DNA of 63,660 bases, counting the filler, from Myxococcota bacterium (GTDB lineage Bacteria > Myxococcota > Myxococcia > Myxococcales > Myxococcaceae), in NCBI GenBank assembly GCA_049322255.1. It is 3 parts of 3 records of this genome, joined end to end, with 100 filler letters (N's around TTAATTAATTAA, not from the genome) between each part and the next. Parts side by side here need not be neighbours in the genome. Positions count along the whole stretch, not along the records: positions 1 to 21,880 come from JBMORE010000071.1; 2 more parts are not named here. The stretch is one strand, 5' to 3'. This document shows, in pieces, positions 9,749 to 19,813 of this stretch. Position numbers and translations under genes: made by a program. Position 1 is the stretch's first letter. Each line of letters opens with the position of its first letter. Below the pieces are notes generated by a model. That model did no database searches, was not told the origin of the DNA, and saw only the letters and a list, made by a program, of their open reading frames with translations.

Positions 9749-11344
9749 GTGCGTTACCGAGTCAACAACATCGGGCTGTGGCTGGACGAGGGCGAGGAGC
9801 TGCTCTCCACGCGGGCAGCGCAGAAGCTGGGCGTGCCCAACGAGGCCCTTGGCTCGGTGCGGGTGGTGCGCTCGGTGCTCGACGCGCGCAAGAAAGGCAG
9901 CCCGCGCTACATCCACACCCTGGAGGTCGAGCTTCTCCCCGGCAGGACGCCCCTCGAGCTGCCTCCCGACGTGTCCGAGGTGGCGCCGCCGCCACCGCCC
10001 TTGCCTTCGGTGCGCGCACCCACGCTCCGCCCGCTCATCGTGGGCACCGGGCCGGCGGGGCTGTTCTGCGCGCTGGGCCTGCTCGAGCGCGGCGTGAAGA
10101 GCGTGCTTTTCGAGCGCGGGCGCGAGGTGACCGCTCGCCGTAAGGACGTGGCCCACCTGATGCGCGACGGCACCCTCGACCCGGAGAGCAACATGAGCTT
10201 CGGCGAGGGCGGCGCGGGCGCGTACACCGACGGCAAGCTCTCCACCCGCATCAACCACCCGCTGGTGCGCAAGGTGATTGAAACCTTCGCCCGCTTCGGG
10301 GCGCCCGACCGCATTCTGGTGCAGGGGAAGCCGCACATCGGCTCCGACCTTTTGCCGGGCGCGGTGGCCGAGCTGCGCGCACAGCTGGTGCGGGGTGGCT
10401 GCGAGGTGCGCTTCGGGACGAAGGTGGCCGACCTCCTCTATCGCGACGGCCGGGTGGGAGGGGTGCTGCTGTCCGACGGCACCGAGGTGGAGAGCGACCG
10501 GGTGGTGCTCGCCCCCGGCAACTCGGCGCGCGAGCTGTACGAGCGCTTCGCCGCCGACGGCCGGGTCAGCGTCGAGGCCAAGCCGTTCGCCATCGGGTTT
10601 CGGGCCGAGCACCCCCAGATGCTCATCGACCACATTCAGTACGGGCGCGCCGCCAAGCACCCCAAGCTACCTCCGGCGGACTACAAGCTCGCCGAAAACC
10701 TCGCGGTCGACGGCAGCCTGCGCGGCGTCTACTCCTTCTGCATGTGCCCCGGCGGCATCGTGGTGCCCACCCCAACCGAGGAAGGGTTTTTGTGCACCAA
10801 CGGCATGAGCAACTCTCGCCGCAACGCCAAGCTCGCCAACGCCGGCCTGGTGGTGACTGTCTCGGTGGAGGACTTCGCCAAGGAGGGCTTCACCGGCCCG
10901 CTGGCCGGGTTGGCCTTCCAGCGGCACTGGGAAAAGAAGGCCTACGAGCTGGGCGGCGGCCGCTTCATCGCTCCGGCGCAGTCGATTCCCGACTACCTGG
11001 CGGGAAAGATGAAGAAAAAGCCCACGGAGACTTCCTACCGGCCGGGCCTTGCCCACGCCGACTTGAACCGGCTCTTTCCCTCCTGGCTCACCGCCTCGCT
11101 CAAGCAGGCCCTGCGCGGCTTCGAGAAGAAGATGCACGGGTTCATCACCGAGGAGGGAACTCTCATCGGGGTCGAGAGTCGAACCAGCTCGCCGGTGCGG
11201 GTGACGCGGGGAGACGACCTCCACTCGGTTTCGCTGCGGGGGCTCTACCCGGCCGGAGAAGGGTGCGGCTATGCCGGCGGCATCGTGTCGTCGGCCATCG
11301 ACGGGCTTCGAATCGCCGAGCAAATCTGCTCGGAACTGACGTAG
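9749..11344 (+). CDS. FAD-dependent oxidoreductase (COG2509-like)
   Basis: IVGTGPAGL Rossmann motif, FGEGGAGAYTDGKL, FCMCPGG, GEGCGYAGGIVSSAIDG; start GTG 9749 or TTG 9719. Confidence 0.9.
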   Translation: MRYRVNNIGLWLDEGEELLSTRAAQKLGVPNEALGSVRVVRSVLDARKKGSPRYIHTLEVELLPGRTPLELPPDVSEVAPPPPPLPSVRAPTLRPLIVGTGPAGLFCALGLLERGVKSVLFERGREVTARRKDVAHLMRDGTLDPESNMSFGEGGAGAYTDGKLSTRINHPLVRKVIETFARFGAPDRILVQGKPHIGSDLLPGAVAELRAQLVRGGCEVRFGTKVADLLYRDGRVGGVLLSDGTEVESDRVVLAPGNSARELYERFAADGRVSVEAKPFAIGFRAEHPQMLIDHIQYGRAAKHPKLPPADYKLAENLAVDGSLRGVYSFCMCPGGIVVPTPTEEGFLCTNGMSNSRRNAKLANAGLVVTVSVEDFAKEGFTGPLAGLAFQRHWEKKAYELGGGRFIAPAQSIPDYLAGKMKKKPTETSYRPGLAHADLNRLFPSWLTASLKQALRGFEKKMHGFITEEGTLIGVESRTSSPVRVTRGDDLHSVSLRGLYPAGEGCGYAGGIVSSAIDGLRIAEQICSELT

Positions 11345-11356
11345 GGTGGCGCGCGC

Positions 11357-11716
11357 ATGAAGTACACCGTGCGGACCAAGGACGGCGAGCTGGTCTACGA
11401 CAGCTTCGGTCAGGTGGAACAGGCATGGCTCAACGGGCTGGTCGGCCCCGAGGACGAGTTGCGCGAGGAAGGCGCCACCAAGTGGCGCAAGGCGGGCTCC
11501 ATTCCTCTCTTGGTGCAGGCGCGCCGGCATGGAAACCAGGTGTGGGGCGGCACCCAGCTGTTGTGGATCACCGTCTCGGTGGTCCTCGGCTCGGCGGCGA
11601 TGTACCTCATCGCCAAGGGAAACATGTTGGTGGGAGGCCTCATCGCTGTCGGGGTGGCCGTGCTGCTTTTTCGGGTGACCACCGAGGCCTTCAAGAAGTC
11701 CAAGCCCCACGGTTAG
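11357..11716 (+). CDS. Hypothetical membrane protein (GYF_2-like N-terminus, two C-terminal TM helices)
   Basis: GLVGPEDELREEGATKWRKA then hydrophobic hairpin; operon position. Confidence 0.7.
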   Translation: MKYTVRTKDGELVYDSFGQVEQAWLNGLVGPEDELREEGATKWRKAGSIPLLVQARRHGNQVWGGTQLLWITVSVVLGSAAMYLIAKGNMLVGGLIAVGVAVLLFRVTTEAFKKSKPHG

Positions 11717-11730
11717 GAGAGAAGCAAACG

Positions 11731-12039
11731 ATGACGTACGCGATGGTGAACGGACGCAGGCACTCGGTGCGGGTCACGCAGGACCTCGCCGACAATTTCG
11801 CGATCGAGGTCTACCCCGAGCCAGAGCCCGGGGCGGTCAAGCGCGCCGAGCCCTTCAAGAACTGGCCGGTGCCGCTGACCATGAAGCTCAAGGCCGACAC
11901 CCGGGAAGACGCCCTGGTCAGCGCGCTGGCGCACATGAAACAGCGCGGAACGATTTCCGACTTCCACGTCGACGATGCAGACAAGCCCAAGCCCGCCAAG
12001 CCGAAGGCTGCCAAGGCCGACGACGCTGCCGACGAGTAA
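11731..12039 (+). CDS. Hypothetical protein
   Basis: ATG after AGGAG RBS; MTYAMVNGRRHSVRVTQD...; strong GC3 bias. Confidence 0.75.
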   Translation: MTYAMVNGRRHSVRVTQDLADNFAIEVYPEPEPGAVKRAEPFKNWPVPLTMKLKADTREDALVSALAHMKQRGTISDFHVDDADKPKPAKPKAAKADDAADE

Positions 12040-12048
12040 GCAACCGAT

Positions 12049-12083
12049 CTCCTCTCCCCCTGGAAGAGGGTTAGGGTGAGGGG
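12049..12083. repeat. REP-like intergenic palindrome, copy 2 (reverse orientation)
   Basis: Reverse complement CCCCTCACCCTAACCCTCTTCCAGGGGGAGAGGAG. Confidence 0.75.
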
Positions 12084-12120
12084 CGCGCATCATGAGGGCC
12101 CGCATCCCCAAGTTGATTGG

Positions 12121-13284
12121 GTGCTCAGCACCACGCTCTCCCGGAACGCAGTCCAGCGCCTTCGCCACGGCATTCCCTGGGTACCGCGAGACGACGTGGT
12201 GCGCGTGGAGGGGGTGGGCGCGGCGGGGGAGCCAGCCGAGCTGTTGGACGAAGAAGGCCGCCGCTTGGGCGTCGGGGACGTCGACCTCTCGGCGCCGGTG
12301 GCGGTCCGGCGCCTGGGGTTACCGGAAGACCGCCCCCAGACAGTGGTCTCCCGCATGGTCCGCCGCGCCTTCAGCTTGCGCGCGCGCTTCATGCGCGACG
12401 CTCGCTTCTGCCGGGTGGTGAACGACGACGGCGACGGTCTACCCGGCTTGTCGGTGGACCGTTTCGACACCCACTTCGCAGTGCAGACGTCGACCCGAGC
12501 GATGGACGCCCGCCTTCCCGAGCTGGTGCGGGTGCTGGTGGAGGCAGGGGGCGCGGAGTCGATCATCCTGCGCAACGACGGCCCGCAGCGGGTGGCGGCG
12601 GGCCTAAACCGTTCTCCGCCCAAGGTGCTCTTCGGCAGGCCCCCCCGATGGACGGCGGTGCGCGAGCTGGGCGCGCGGATGACCATCGATCTCCACCAGG
12701 GTTTCGGCACCGGCCATCGCTACGATTTACGCCAGGTGCGCAAGGTGGTCGGCCGCATGGCGAGCGGAGCGCGGGTGCTCGAGCCCTCGTGCGGCGTCGG
12801 CTCGCTGTTCATCCACGCCGCGCTCGCGGGAGCGCGCCAGCTGGTCGCCTTCGACGAAGACCCTGACGCGATCGCTCTGGCCCTGGAGAACGCCGAGGCC
12901 AACGGTTTTCTTGGCCGCACCACGCTCGAGGTCGCCGATGCCGTCACCGCCCTGGAGCAGCGCCCTGAGCCCTTCGACCTGGTGTTGCTCGATACCACGC
13001 GCCTGTCGACGCTCGGCGAGCCCGAAGAGGAGGACGCCTTCGTCGGCCTCACCCAGCTGTGCATTCGCCACACCCGGCACGGCGGGTACCTATTGCTGGT
13101 GGGCTACCACCCGCCTCTGCCGCCGGGACTCGCCGAGCTCGATGAACGGGTGGCGCTCGCCTGTGAGCGCGAAGGGCGCGTGGCCTACCGCTTGGCGCGT
13201 CCCGGGCTGCCCTTCGACTTTCCCACTGCGGTCGGCTCGACGTGGGCCGAGCACCTGTCGGCGGCTGCGCTCGAGGTCACTTAG
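12121..13284 (+). CDS. RlmI-like class I SAM-dependent methyltransferase (degenerate motifs)
   Basis: PUA-like HGIPWV N-terminus, RVVNDDGDGLPGLSVDRF, VLEPSCGVG SAM motif, FDLVLLD. Confidence 0.8.
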   Translation: MLSTTLSRNAVQRLRHGIPWVPRDDVVRVEGVGAAGEPAELLDEEGRRLGVGDVDLSAPVAVRRLGLPEDRPQTVVSRMVRRAFSLRARFMRDARFCRVVNDDGDGLPGLSVDRFDTHFAVQTSTRAMDARLPELVRVLVEAGGAESIILRNDGPQRVAAGLNRSPPKVLFGRPPRWTAVRELGARMTIDLHQGFGTGHRYDLRQVRKVVGRMASGARVLEPSCGVGSLFIHAALAGARQLVAFDEDPDAIALALENAEANGFLGRTTLEVADAVTALEQRPEPFDLVLLDTTRLSTLGEPEEEDAFVGLTQLCIRHTRHGGYLLLVGYHPPLPPGLAELDERVALACEREGRVAYRLARPGLPFDFPTAVGSTWAEHLSAAALEVT

Positions 13285-13900
13285 CAGCACGCGCGTGGAC
13301 GATCGCCTTGCGAATTGCCAAGAACACCTCCGGCACCGCGGTGCTGTTGGCGCGGTTGGCGATCCACTTGGGGAGGGAGCCGCCCGGGTCGGTGTACACG
13401 TAGTAGGTGGCGAAGGTCTTGGCGCCGTTCTCACGCGACTCGAGCAGCCAATAGCCGTCGTTGATCTTCACTCGGACCACGTCCTCACGCTCTTTGGGAC
13501 CGCCCTCGTGCACCTTCCAGCTCGCCTTGAAGTAACCCTTGCCCTCCTTCCATTCGGACTCGTCGACGATGCGAATGACGTACTCGCGCTTGTCGACCAG
13601 GGGCAAGTCCAGAAGGCTGTAGAAGTAGGTGACCTTGCCTCCGTCCTCGACCGAGAGCACCTTGGACTCCTCGGTGTACGGCATGGTCTTTTTGTAGTTG
13701 GCGTAGTCGCGAATCGCCCTCCACACCTCCTGGGGCGTGCCTTCGATGAGACCCACCGCCTTCATCTCGCGTACCGGGGAGTCCGCGCGCTCGCGTGAGT
13801 AGACGGTGACGCCGTCCTCCTTCGCCGCCTCCTCCCACCCCGGGCTGGACTGCGTCATCAAAGCCAATACCGCCGCGAAGAGAATCTTCATGGTCGCCAT
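13277..13900 (-). CDS. Secreted START-domain (lipid-binding) protein
   Basis: Signal peptide; WEEAAKEDGVTVYSR, LPLVDKREYV, TDPGGSLPKWIAN START motifs. Confidence 0.85.
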   Translation of the reverse strand: MATMKILFAAVLALMTQSSPGWEEAAKEDGVTVYSRERADSPVREMKAVGLIEGTPQEVWRAIRDYANYKKTMPYTEESKVLSVEDGGKVTYFYSLLDLPLVDKREYVIRIVDESEWKEGKGYFKASWKVHEGGPKEREDVVRVKINDGYWLLESRENGAKTFATYYVYTDPGGSLPKWIANRANSTAVPEVFLAIRKAIVHARAAK

Positions 13901-13929
13901 CCTACCCTCGTCTGCTAGGGTGCCGAAGA

Positions 13930-15069
13930 GTGAGCACGACGGAAGAGACGCCAAATTCAACCGGCCCCGAGCGGGTGGAGATGGTGCGCAAGGTCTACGC
14001 CAAAGACCTGCGGGAGAAGGACCAGGTTCACACCGTCTTCAAGGTGACCAAGAAGCAGAAGACCCAAAGCCGCGGGGGAAAAACCTTTCTGATGGTGACG
14101 CTGGCCGACAAGACCGGCGAGCTGGAGGCGCGGGTGTTCGACGACGTCGACGCGGCCGACGGAGCCTTCGCCGCGGGCGACTACGTGCTCGTGCGCGGCG
14201 AAATCATCACCTTCCACGGGCGAGCGCAGCTCGTCATCGCCAAGGTCGAGCGCCTCGACCCCGAGCCCATCGACCCCAAGGAATTCACCCCGCCAGAGAA
14301 GGCGCCCTCCGAGCCGGAGCACAACGACAAGCCAGTGACGCAGATCCGCGAGGTGGTCGGGCGGGTGCACGACCCCTTCGTCAAGAAGCTCCTCTTCGCC
14401 TTCCTCGACGACCCGCAGATCGCCGCCGGGTTACCGCGGGCGCCGGCGGCCAAGAGCGTTCACCACGCCTACCGGGGCGGGCTGGCCGATCACCTGCTCT
14501 CGGTGCTCAAGCTCGCCCACCGCATCGCCGATCACTACCCGATGGTGGACCGCGACCTCTTGGTGGCCGGAGCGCTCCTGCACGACATCGGCAAGGTGGG
14601 CGAGCTCTCTTACGACAAAGACTTCGCCTACACCGACGAGGGCCGGCTGGTGGGCCACCTGGTGATGACCGCCCAAAACATCCGCCAGAAGGCCTCGCAC
14701 ATTGAGGGCTTCCCGCCGGCGCTGGAACACCACCTGACTCACTTGGTCCTCGCCCACCACGGCCAGCTCGAATACGGCTCGCCCAAGCTGCCGATGACGC
14801 TCGAGGCGCTCTTGGTCCACCTCATCGACCTCATGGATTCGCGGGTCGCCTCCTGGCTCGAGCTGATGGGGCGCGATTCGGGTGGCCGCTGGGTCGACGC
14901 CACCAAGCAATATGGCCGCCACCTGTGGAAAGGTCCTTCTTCGCACCGCCGTAAGGACCGCAAACCGCGCGCGACCCCTTCCGCTCCCGCTCAGAAGCTC
15001 GCCTTCAAGCCTCTGAGCGAGCTGGCCAAAGAGAGCCCGGCCCCCTCGGAAGAGCCGGAAAAGAGCTAG
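13930..15069 (+). CDS. YhaM-family 3'-5' exoribonuclease (OB fold + HD)
   Basis: LADKTGELEARVF OB fold; APAAKSVHHAYRGGLADH, LLHDIGK, HHGQLEYGSP. Confidence 0.9.
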   Translation: MSTTEETPNSTGPERVEMVRKVYAKDLREKDQVHTVFKVTKKQKTQSRGGKTFLMVTLADKTGELEARVFDDVDAADGAFAAGDYVLVRGEIITFHGRAQLVIAKVERLDPEPIDPKEFTPPEKAPSEPEHNDKPVTQIREVVGRVHDPFVKKLLFAFLDDPQIAAGLPRAPAAKSVHHAYRGGLADHLLSVLKLAHRIADHYPMVDRDLLVAGALLHDIGKVGELSYDKDFAYTDEGRLVGHLVMTAQNIRQKASHIEGFPPALEHHLTHLVLAHHGQLEYGSPKLPMTLEALLVHLIDLMDSRVASWLELMGRDSGGRWVDATKQYGRHLWKGPSSHRRKDRKPRATPSAPAQKLAFKPLSELAKESPAPSEEPEKS

Positions 15070-15086
15070 CATCGGCCTACAAGCCA

Positions 15087-17012
15087 ATGGGCAAAACGCT
15101 CGGCGAACGCTTGGTGGAATCCGGCCTGGTGACGGCTGACGCCATCGAGCAGGCGCTTCAACAACAGAAAATCACCGGCCATCGGCTGGGCGACTGCCTG
15201 GTGGAGATCGGGCTTCTGCCGGAGACGACCCTCCTGCGCTTCTTGGCGGAGCAGCTCAAGACCCGCTTCGTCACCTCCGACAAGCTGGCGAAGGCGAAGA
15301 TCCCCCCCGAGGTGCTGGAGAAGGTCCCGGTGCGCATGGCCGAAGCGCAGGTGCTCCTGCCGCTGGCGCTGGACCAGGAGCGAAAGATCCTCTCCCTGGT
15401 GATGGCCGAGCCGCAGAACACCGCGGTGATCGAAGAGATCTCTCTGGTCACCGGAATGAAGGAGGTCTACGCCTTCGTGGGGCTGCGCTCGGCGATCTGG
15501 GCCGCCATCAAGAAGCACTATTACGGCGACCCCACCGCCTTCGCCCAGCTCGCGCAAGGGGGAGCGCAGGCACCGCGTACCGACCCGGCGGCAGCTGGGG
15601 CCTACGACTCAGGGCGCACCGAATCGAAGAACCTGCCCGGCGGAACGATGCCGGATACGGTCGTTCGCCCCTCGGGCATCTCCACCAACCGTGGCAGCCC
15701 TCTCCCATTGAGCGCCGCGCGCGGCGCCGGGGGTGAAAACGACTTTCTCGCCGCGCTCACTGTCCTCGTCGGGCTGTTGGAAACGGGCCGCAAGGATCTG
15801 CGCGGGCACTCGGAGCAACTGGGGCGGCAGTGCGCCACCATCGCCCGCTGCCTGGGGCTGCAGCCGCCGGAGATTGCGCAGGTGTCGATCGCCTGCTGTC
15901 TGCACGATCTCGGCAAGAGCTACCGCCACTTCACCTTGGCCGGCACGGCCCACAACCCCGAGCTGCGCGCCGAAGCCACACGCTTCCTCAAGGCGCCCAT
16001 CAAGCTCTTCGAGACGGTACACCTCGCCGAGCCGGTGAACACGATGCTCGGTCAGCTCTACGAGGCTTACGACGGTTCGGGCATGCCCCACGGGGCCAAA
16101 GGAGAGGAGATTTCCGCGGGAGCGCGTATCCTCGCCGCCGTCGACAGCTACCTCGAGCTCACCAAGAACTCGCAAAACCCCTTCGGCCGGCTGTTCACCA
16201 AAGACGAGGCGCTGGGTTACCTCACCCAAAAGGCGGGGACGTTGTTCGACCCGTTGGTGGTCGATGCGCTGCGCCAGCTGCACTGCGGCGCGCTCTTGCG
16301 CCAGTGGGTGGAGGCCGACGGCCGGCAGGTGCTGATCGCCGACCCGGAAGACGCGGTGCGCACCGACCTGAAAGAGGCGCTGGCGCGTCACCAGGTCGTC
16401 GTCCACACGGTGAGCAAGCTCGACGGAACGGGCGAGGCCCTCGTGAGGGGAGAGGCCGACCTGCTCGTGGCCGGGCTGCGCTTCGGGCTGACGGACTTGG
16501 TCACGCTGGTGGAGTTTTTGCGCGCACAGCCCGAATGCGCCGGAGCGCCGGTCGTGGTGGTGGGCGAACCGCCGGACCAAGCGGGGAAGGAGCGGCTGCT
16601 CGGCGCCGGGGTTTCGGCGATCATCCCCATGCCGCTCCAACCGGATGAAGCGGCGTCGGACATCGTCAAGCTCTACCGAGACCACATTCGCCACGGCGAC
16701 CCCGGCCGCCCCGTGCGCGGCAACTTCGACGAGCTCGCCGCCTCCGAGCTTTTCAAGGTGCTCGCCCAGGGACGAAAATCCGGCCGACTCACCATTCGCA
16801 ACGGTGTACGCGACGGCTACCTGCATTTCGAGAAGGGCCGCGCGGTGTACGCCAGCTGCGCCGGTGACTTGGGAGAGCCGGCCCTCGCCGCGATGCTGAG
16901 CAGCCCTTGCGCCGACTTCGTCTACGACCCCGAGTCGCTGCTCACCGAGGTGCCGCACCTCGACAAAGACCTCGAGGAGATCGCCAAGGAGCTTTACTCC
17001 CCCGCCGGCTAG
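15087..17012 (+). CDS. Multidomain signalling protein: MshEN + degenerate HD-GYP + receiver-like + DUF4388
   Basis: Tandem LGERLVESGLV...Q / RLGDCLVEIGLL...Q; LHDLGK, YDGSGMPHGAKGEEI, ARILAAVD; C-terminal RGNFDELAASELFKVLAQGRKSGRL. Confidence 0.85.
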   Translation: MGKTLGERLVESGLVTADAIEQALQQQKITGHRLGDCLVEIGLLPETTLLRFLAEQLKTRFVTSDKLAKAKIPPEVLEKVPVRMAEAQVLLPLALDQERKILSLVMAEPQNTAVIEEISLVTGMKEVYAFVGLRSAIWAAIKKHYYGDPTAFAQLAQGGAQAPRTDPAAAGAYDSGRTESKNLPGGTMPDTVVRPSGISTNRGSPLPLSAARGAGGENDFLAALTVLVGLLETGRKDLRGHSEQLGRQCATIARCLGLQPPEIAQVSIACCLHDLGKSYRHFTLAGTAHNPELRAEATRFLKAPIKLFETVHLAEPVNTMLGQLYEAYDGSGMPHGAKGEEISAGARILAAVDSYLELTKNSQNPFGRLFTKDEALGYLTQKAGTLFDPLVVDALRQLHCGALLRQWVEADGRQVLIADPEDAVRTDLKEALARHQVVVHTVSKLDGTGEALVRGEADLLVAGLRFGLTDLVTLVEFLRAQPECAGAPVVVVGEPPDQAGKERLLGAGVSAIIPMPLQPDEAASDIVKLYRDHIRHGDPGRPVRGNFDELAASELFKVLAQGRKSGRLTIRNGVRDGYLHFEKGRAVYASCAGDLGEPALAAMLSSPCADFVYDPESLLTEVPHLDKDLEEIAKELYSPAG

Positions 17013-17794
17013 GAAAGCGCGACGCCCACGAGGCGCAAAAGACGAACGGTGTTGCGGGCGGCGGCGAGGGCGAACGCTCCGGCATCGAGGCCCTTGAGCT
17101 CGGCGACCTTCTTCGCGGTCTCCCCCACGTGCGAAGGCTCGTTCTTCTTTCCCCGGTGCGGCACCGGAGCGAGGTAAGGGCTGTCGGTCTCCACGAGCAA
17201 CCGCTCCAGCGGCGCCTGCCGCACCGCCTCCTGGAGCCCTTCGGTCTTCTTGTAGGTCACCACGCCGGAGATGGAGAGGTGAAAGCCCAAGCCGAGGTAG
17301 CGCTGCGCCGCCTCCACGTCCCCGGTGAAGCAGTGGATCATCCCGCTCGCCATTCCCTCGTCGGAAAGAATCTGCGCGCACTCCTCGTGGGCGTCGCGCA
17401 CGTGGACGACCAACGGCTTGCCCAGACGCTGAGCGAGCCGACACTGCCGGCGGAAGACCTCGCGCTGCACCTCGCGCGGTGAGCGGTCGTAGTAGTAATC
17501 GAGCCCTGTCTCTCCCACCGCCGCCACCTCGGGGCGGGCGCACAGCTCTTCCAAGGTGGCGAAGTCGGCCTCGCTGGCCTTGGCCGCCTCGTGGGGGTGG
17601 ATGCCCATCGTCGGGGTGAGAAAGTCGGGGCGCGCCTTCGCCAGGGCGAGCGCGGTGCCGAAGTCGCCCGGTGCCTGGAATTGCCCCACCACCACCGCGT
17701 GCACCACCCCGGCGGCCTGCGCCCGAGAAATGACCGCTTCGACGCTGGCGAAATCCGCCCGTTCGAGGTGACAGTGCGCGTCGACGAGAGTCAT
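17009..17794 (-). CDS. tatD: TatD family hydrolase
   Basis: DAHCHL, GIHPH, GETGLDY, HCFTG, ETDSPYLAP. Confidence 0.95.
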   Translation of the reverse strand: MTLVDAHCHLERADFASVEAVISRAQAAGVVHAVVVGQFQAPGDFGTALALAKARPDFLTPTMGIHPHEAAKASEADFATLEELCARPEVAAVGETGLDYYYDRSPREVQREVFRRQCRLAQRLGKPLVVHVRDAHEECAQILSDEGMASGMIHCFTGDVEAAQRYLGLGFHLSISGVVTYKKTEGLQEAVRQAPLERLLVETDSPYLAPVPHRGKKNEPSHVGETAKKVAELKGLDAGAFALAAARNTVRLLRLVGVALS

Positions 17795-19800
17795 TTCACC
17801 TCGGTCCCCGGAGCCATCGGGCCAGGGTCGACCAGACAGAGCTCTTTTCCTCCCGGCCCGGCCGCCAGCAGCATGCCCTTCGACTCGATGCCCCGCAGGG
17901 CGCGGGGCTTCAAGTTCACCACCACCACCACCTGACGCCCCACGAGCTGCTCGGGCTGGTACGCCTCAGCGATGCCTGCAGCGATGGTTCGAGCAGAAGC
18001 TTCGCCCACGTCGACGGTCAGCTTGAGCAGCTTGTCCGCCTTGGGAACGCGCTCGGCAGCGAGGACTTTGCCCACCTTGAGGCTCACCTTGGCAAAGTCG
18101 GCGTAGTCGATCTCGGTTGCCGCTTCGGCCGGGGCCTTGGGGGCCGCCTCGCTGGGCTCGGGTTGCACGATGCGATTCACCTGTTCCTCCTCCAAACGGG
18201 CGATGAGCGGCTCGGGGGTGCCGATCGACCGCTCCCGCGCAAGGAGCGGGTAGTGGGCGCTCGCCAGCTGCGCGTAGGTGAGCGGCGGCGCCGCCAGCTG
18301 GGCGAAGATTTTTTTCGACAACCTGGGTACCACTGGCTCCAAAAGCCCCATCACCAGATAAGCCACCTCGGCCGCATCGGAGAGGTCACGTCGGGCCGCC
18401 TCGGCCTCCGTCTTCAGCTTCTTCCATGGCTCCTGCACGGTGAGGAACTGATTCGCCGATTGGGAGATTTCGGCGATCACCTTGACCGCCGACCGGTAGT
18501 CGAGACGGGCAAAGGCCGCGCGCACCTCTCCCACACGCCCCAGAGCGTCCTCCACCAGCTTCTGCCCCGGGCCCACGGCGGCGGGGGCGAGCTTTCCGCC
18601 CAGCTTCTCGATGAGGGTGAGGGTGCGGTTGGCGAGGTTGCCGATGTTGTTCACCAGGTCGGCGTTCACCCGCAGGCGAAACTCCCCTAGAGCCAGGTCG
18701 AGGTCCTCGGTCCCCGGCCCCAGGTTGGCCGCGTAGAAGTAGCGTAAGTAGCTGGGATCGAGCACCTCGAGGTAGGACCGGGCGTTGATGAAGGTGCCGC
18801 GCGTCTTCGACATCTTCTCCCCGTTCACCGTGAGGTGCCCGTGCACGTGCACCACGTCAGGGCGCTTCAAGCCCGCGACCTTGAGCACCGCGGGCCAAAA
18901 CAGCGCGTGGAAGTAGACGATGTCTTTGCCGATGAAGTGGACGATGCGCGTCTTCGCCCCTTCGGCCCAGTAGGCGAGCGCGTCTTCGGCCTTGCCCGTC
19001 TGTTTCGCCCACTTCTCGGTGGTGGCGATGTAGCCGATGGGGGCGTCGAGCCAGACGTAGAAGAACTTGTTCGCCTCGCCGGGAATGGGGAAGCCGAAGT
19101 ACGGCCCGTCGCGGCTGATGTCCCAATCGGCCAAGCCCTTGTCGAAGAACTGCCGCAGCTGGGCCGCCAGCGCGGGGTGGAGAAACTCCGGGCGCGCGAT
19201 GAGCTCCTGGAGGAAGCCGGCGTGCTTGGAGAGGCGGAAGAAGAGATGGTCCGACTTTTTGCGCACCGGAGGCTTGCCACACAGCGCGCACCTGGGATCG
19301 ACCAAGTCGGTGGGCGCGTACGCCTTGGAGCACTTCTCGCAGACGTCGCCGTACTGATCGGCCGCTCCGCAGTTGGGGCATTTGCCGCGCACGAAGCGGT
19401 CGGGAAGGAAGCGGGCGTCGTGCTCACAGTACGTCTGCTCCACCGCGCGGCGATCGATGTCCCCTTTCGCCTTCAGCCGTTCGTAGATGAGCTCAGCGTA
19501 TTTTTTGTTCTCCGGAGAGTGCGTCGACCAGAAGTAGTCGAACTGCACGTCGAAGTCGGCGAAGTCTTTCTGGTGCTGGTGAAAGAAGCGCTGCACGAAC
19601 TCTTCGGGGGCCACTCCGTGTTTGGCCGCGTTGAGCTCGATGGGCGTGCCGTGGGTGTCGTCGGCGCACAGGTAGACGACGTCCTCGCCGGTCGAGCGCA
19701 AAAACCGCACGTAGGTGTCCGTCTGCACGAACTCCATCAAGTGGCCCAGGTGAATTGGCCCGTTGGCGTACGGCAGCCCGCTGGTGACGAGGGTCTTCAC
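17791..19800 (-). CDS. metG: Methionine--tRNA ligase with C-terminal tRNA-binding domain
   Basis: LPYANGPIHLGH, KMSKT, Zn knuckle, YVWLDAPIGY; GTG start after AGGAG. Confidence 0.97.
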   Translation of the reverse strand: MKTLVTSGLPYANGPIHLGHLMEFVQTDTYVRFLRSTGEDVVYLCADDTHGTPIELNAAKHGVAPEEFVQRFFHQHQKDFADFDVQFDYFWSTHSPENKKYAELIYERLKAKGDIDRRAVEQTYCEHDARFLPDRFVRGKCPNCGAADQYGDVCEKCSKAYAPTDLVDPRCALCGKPPVRKKSDHLFFRLSKHAGFLQELIARPEFLHPALAAQLRQFFDKGLADWDISRDGPYFGFPIPGEANKFFYVWLDAPIGYIATTEKWAKQTGKAEDALAYWAEGAKTRIVHFIGKDIVYFHALFWPAVLKVAGLKRPDVVHVHGHLTVNGEKMSKTRGTFINARSYLEVLDPSYLRYFYAANLGPGTEDLDLALGEFRLRVNADLVNNIGNLANRTLTLIEKLGGKLAPAAVGPGQKLVEDALGRVGEVRAAFARLDYRSAVKVIAEISQSANQFLTVQEPWKKLKTEAEAARRDLSDAAEVAYLVMGLLEPVVPRLSKKIFAQLAAPPLTYAQLASAHYPLLARERSIGTPEPLIARLEEEQVNRIVQPEPSEAAPKAPAEAATEIDYADFAKVSLKVGKVLAAERVPKADKLLKLTVDVGEASARTIAAGIAEAYQPEQLVGRQVVVVVNLKPRALRGIESKGMLLAAGPGGKELCLVDPGPMAPGTEVK

Positions 19801-19813
19801 GCGTTCTCCTCTT

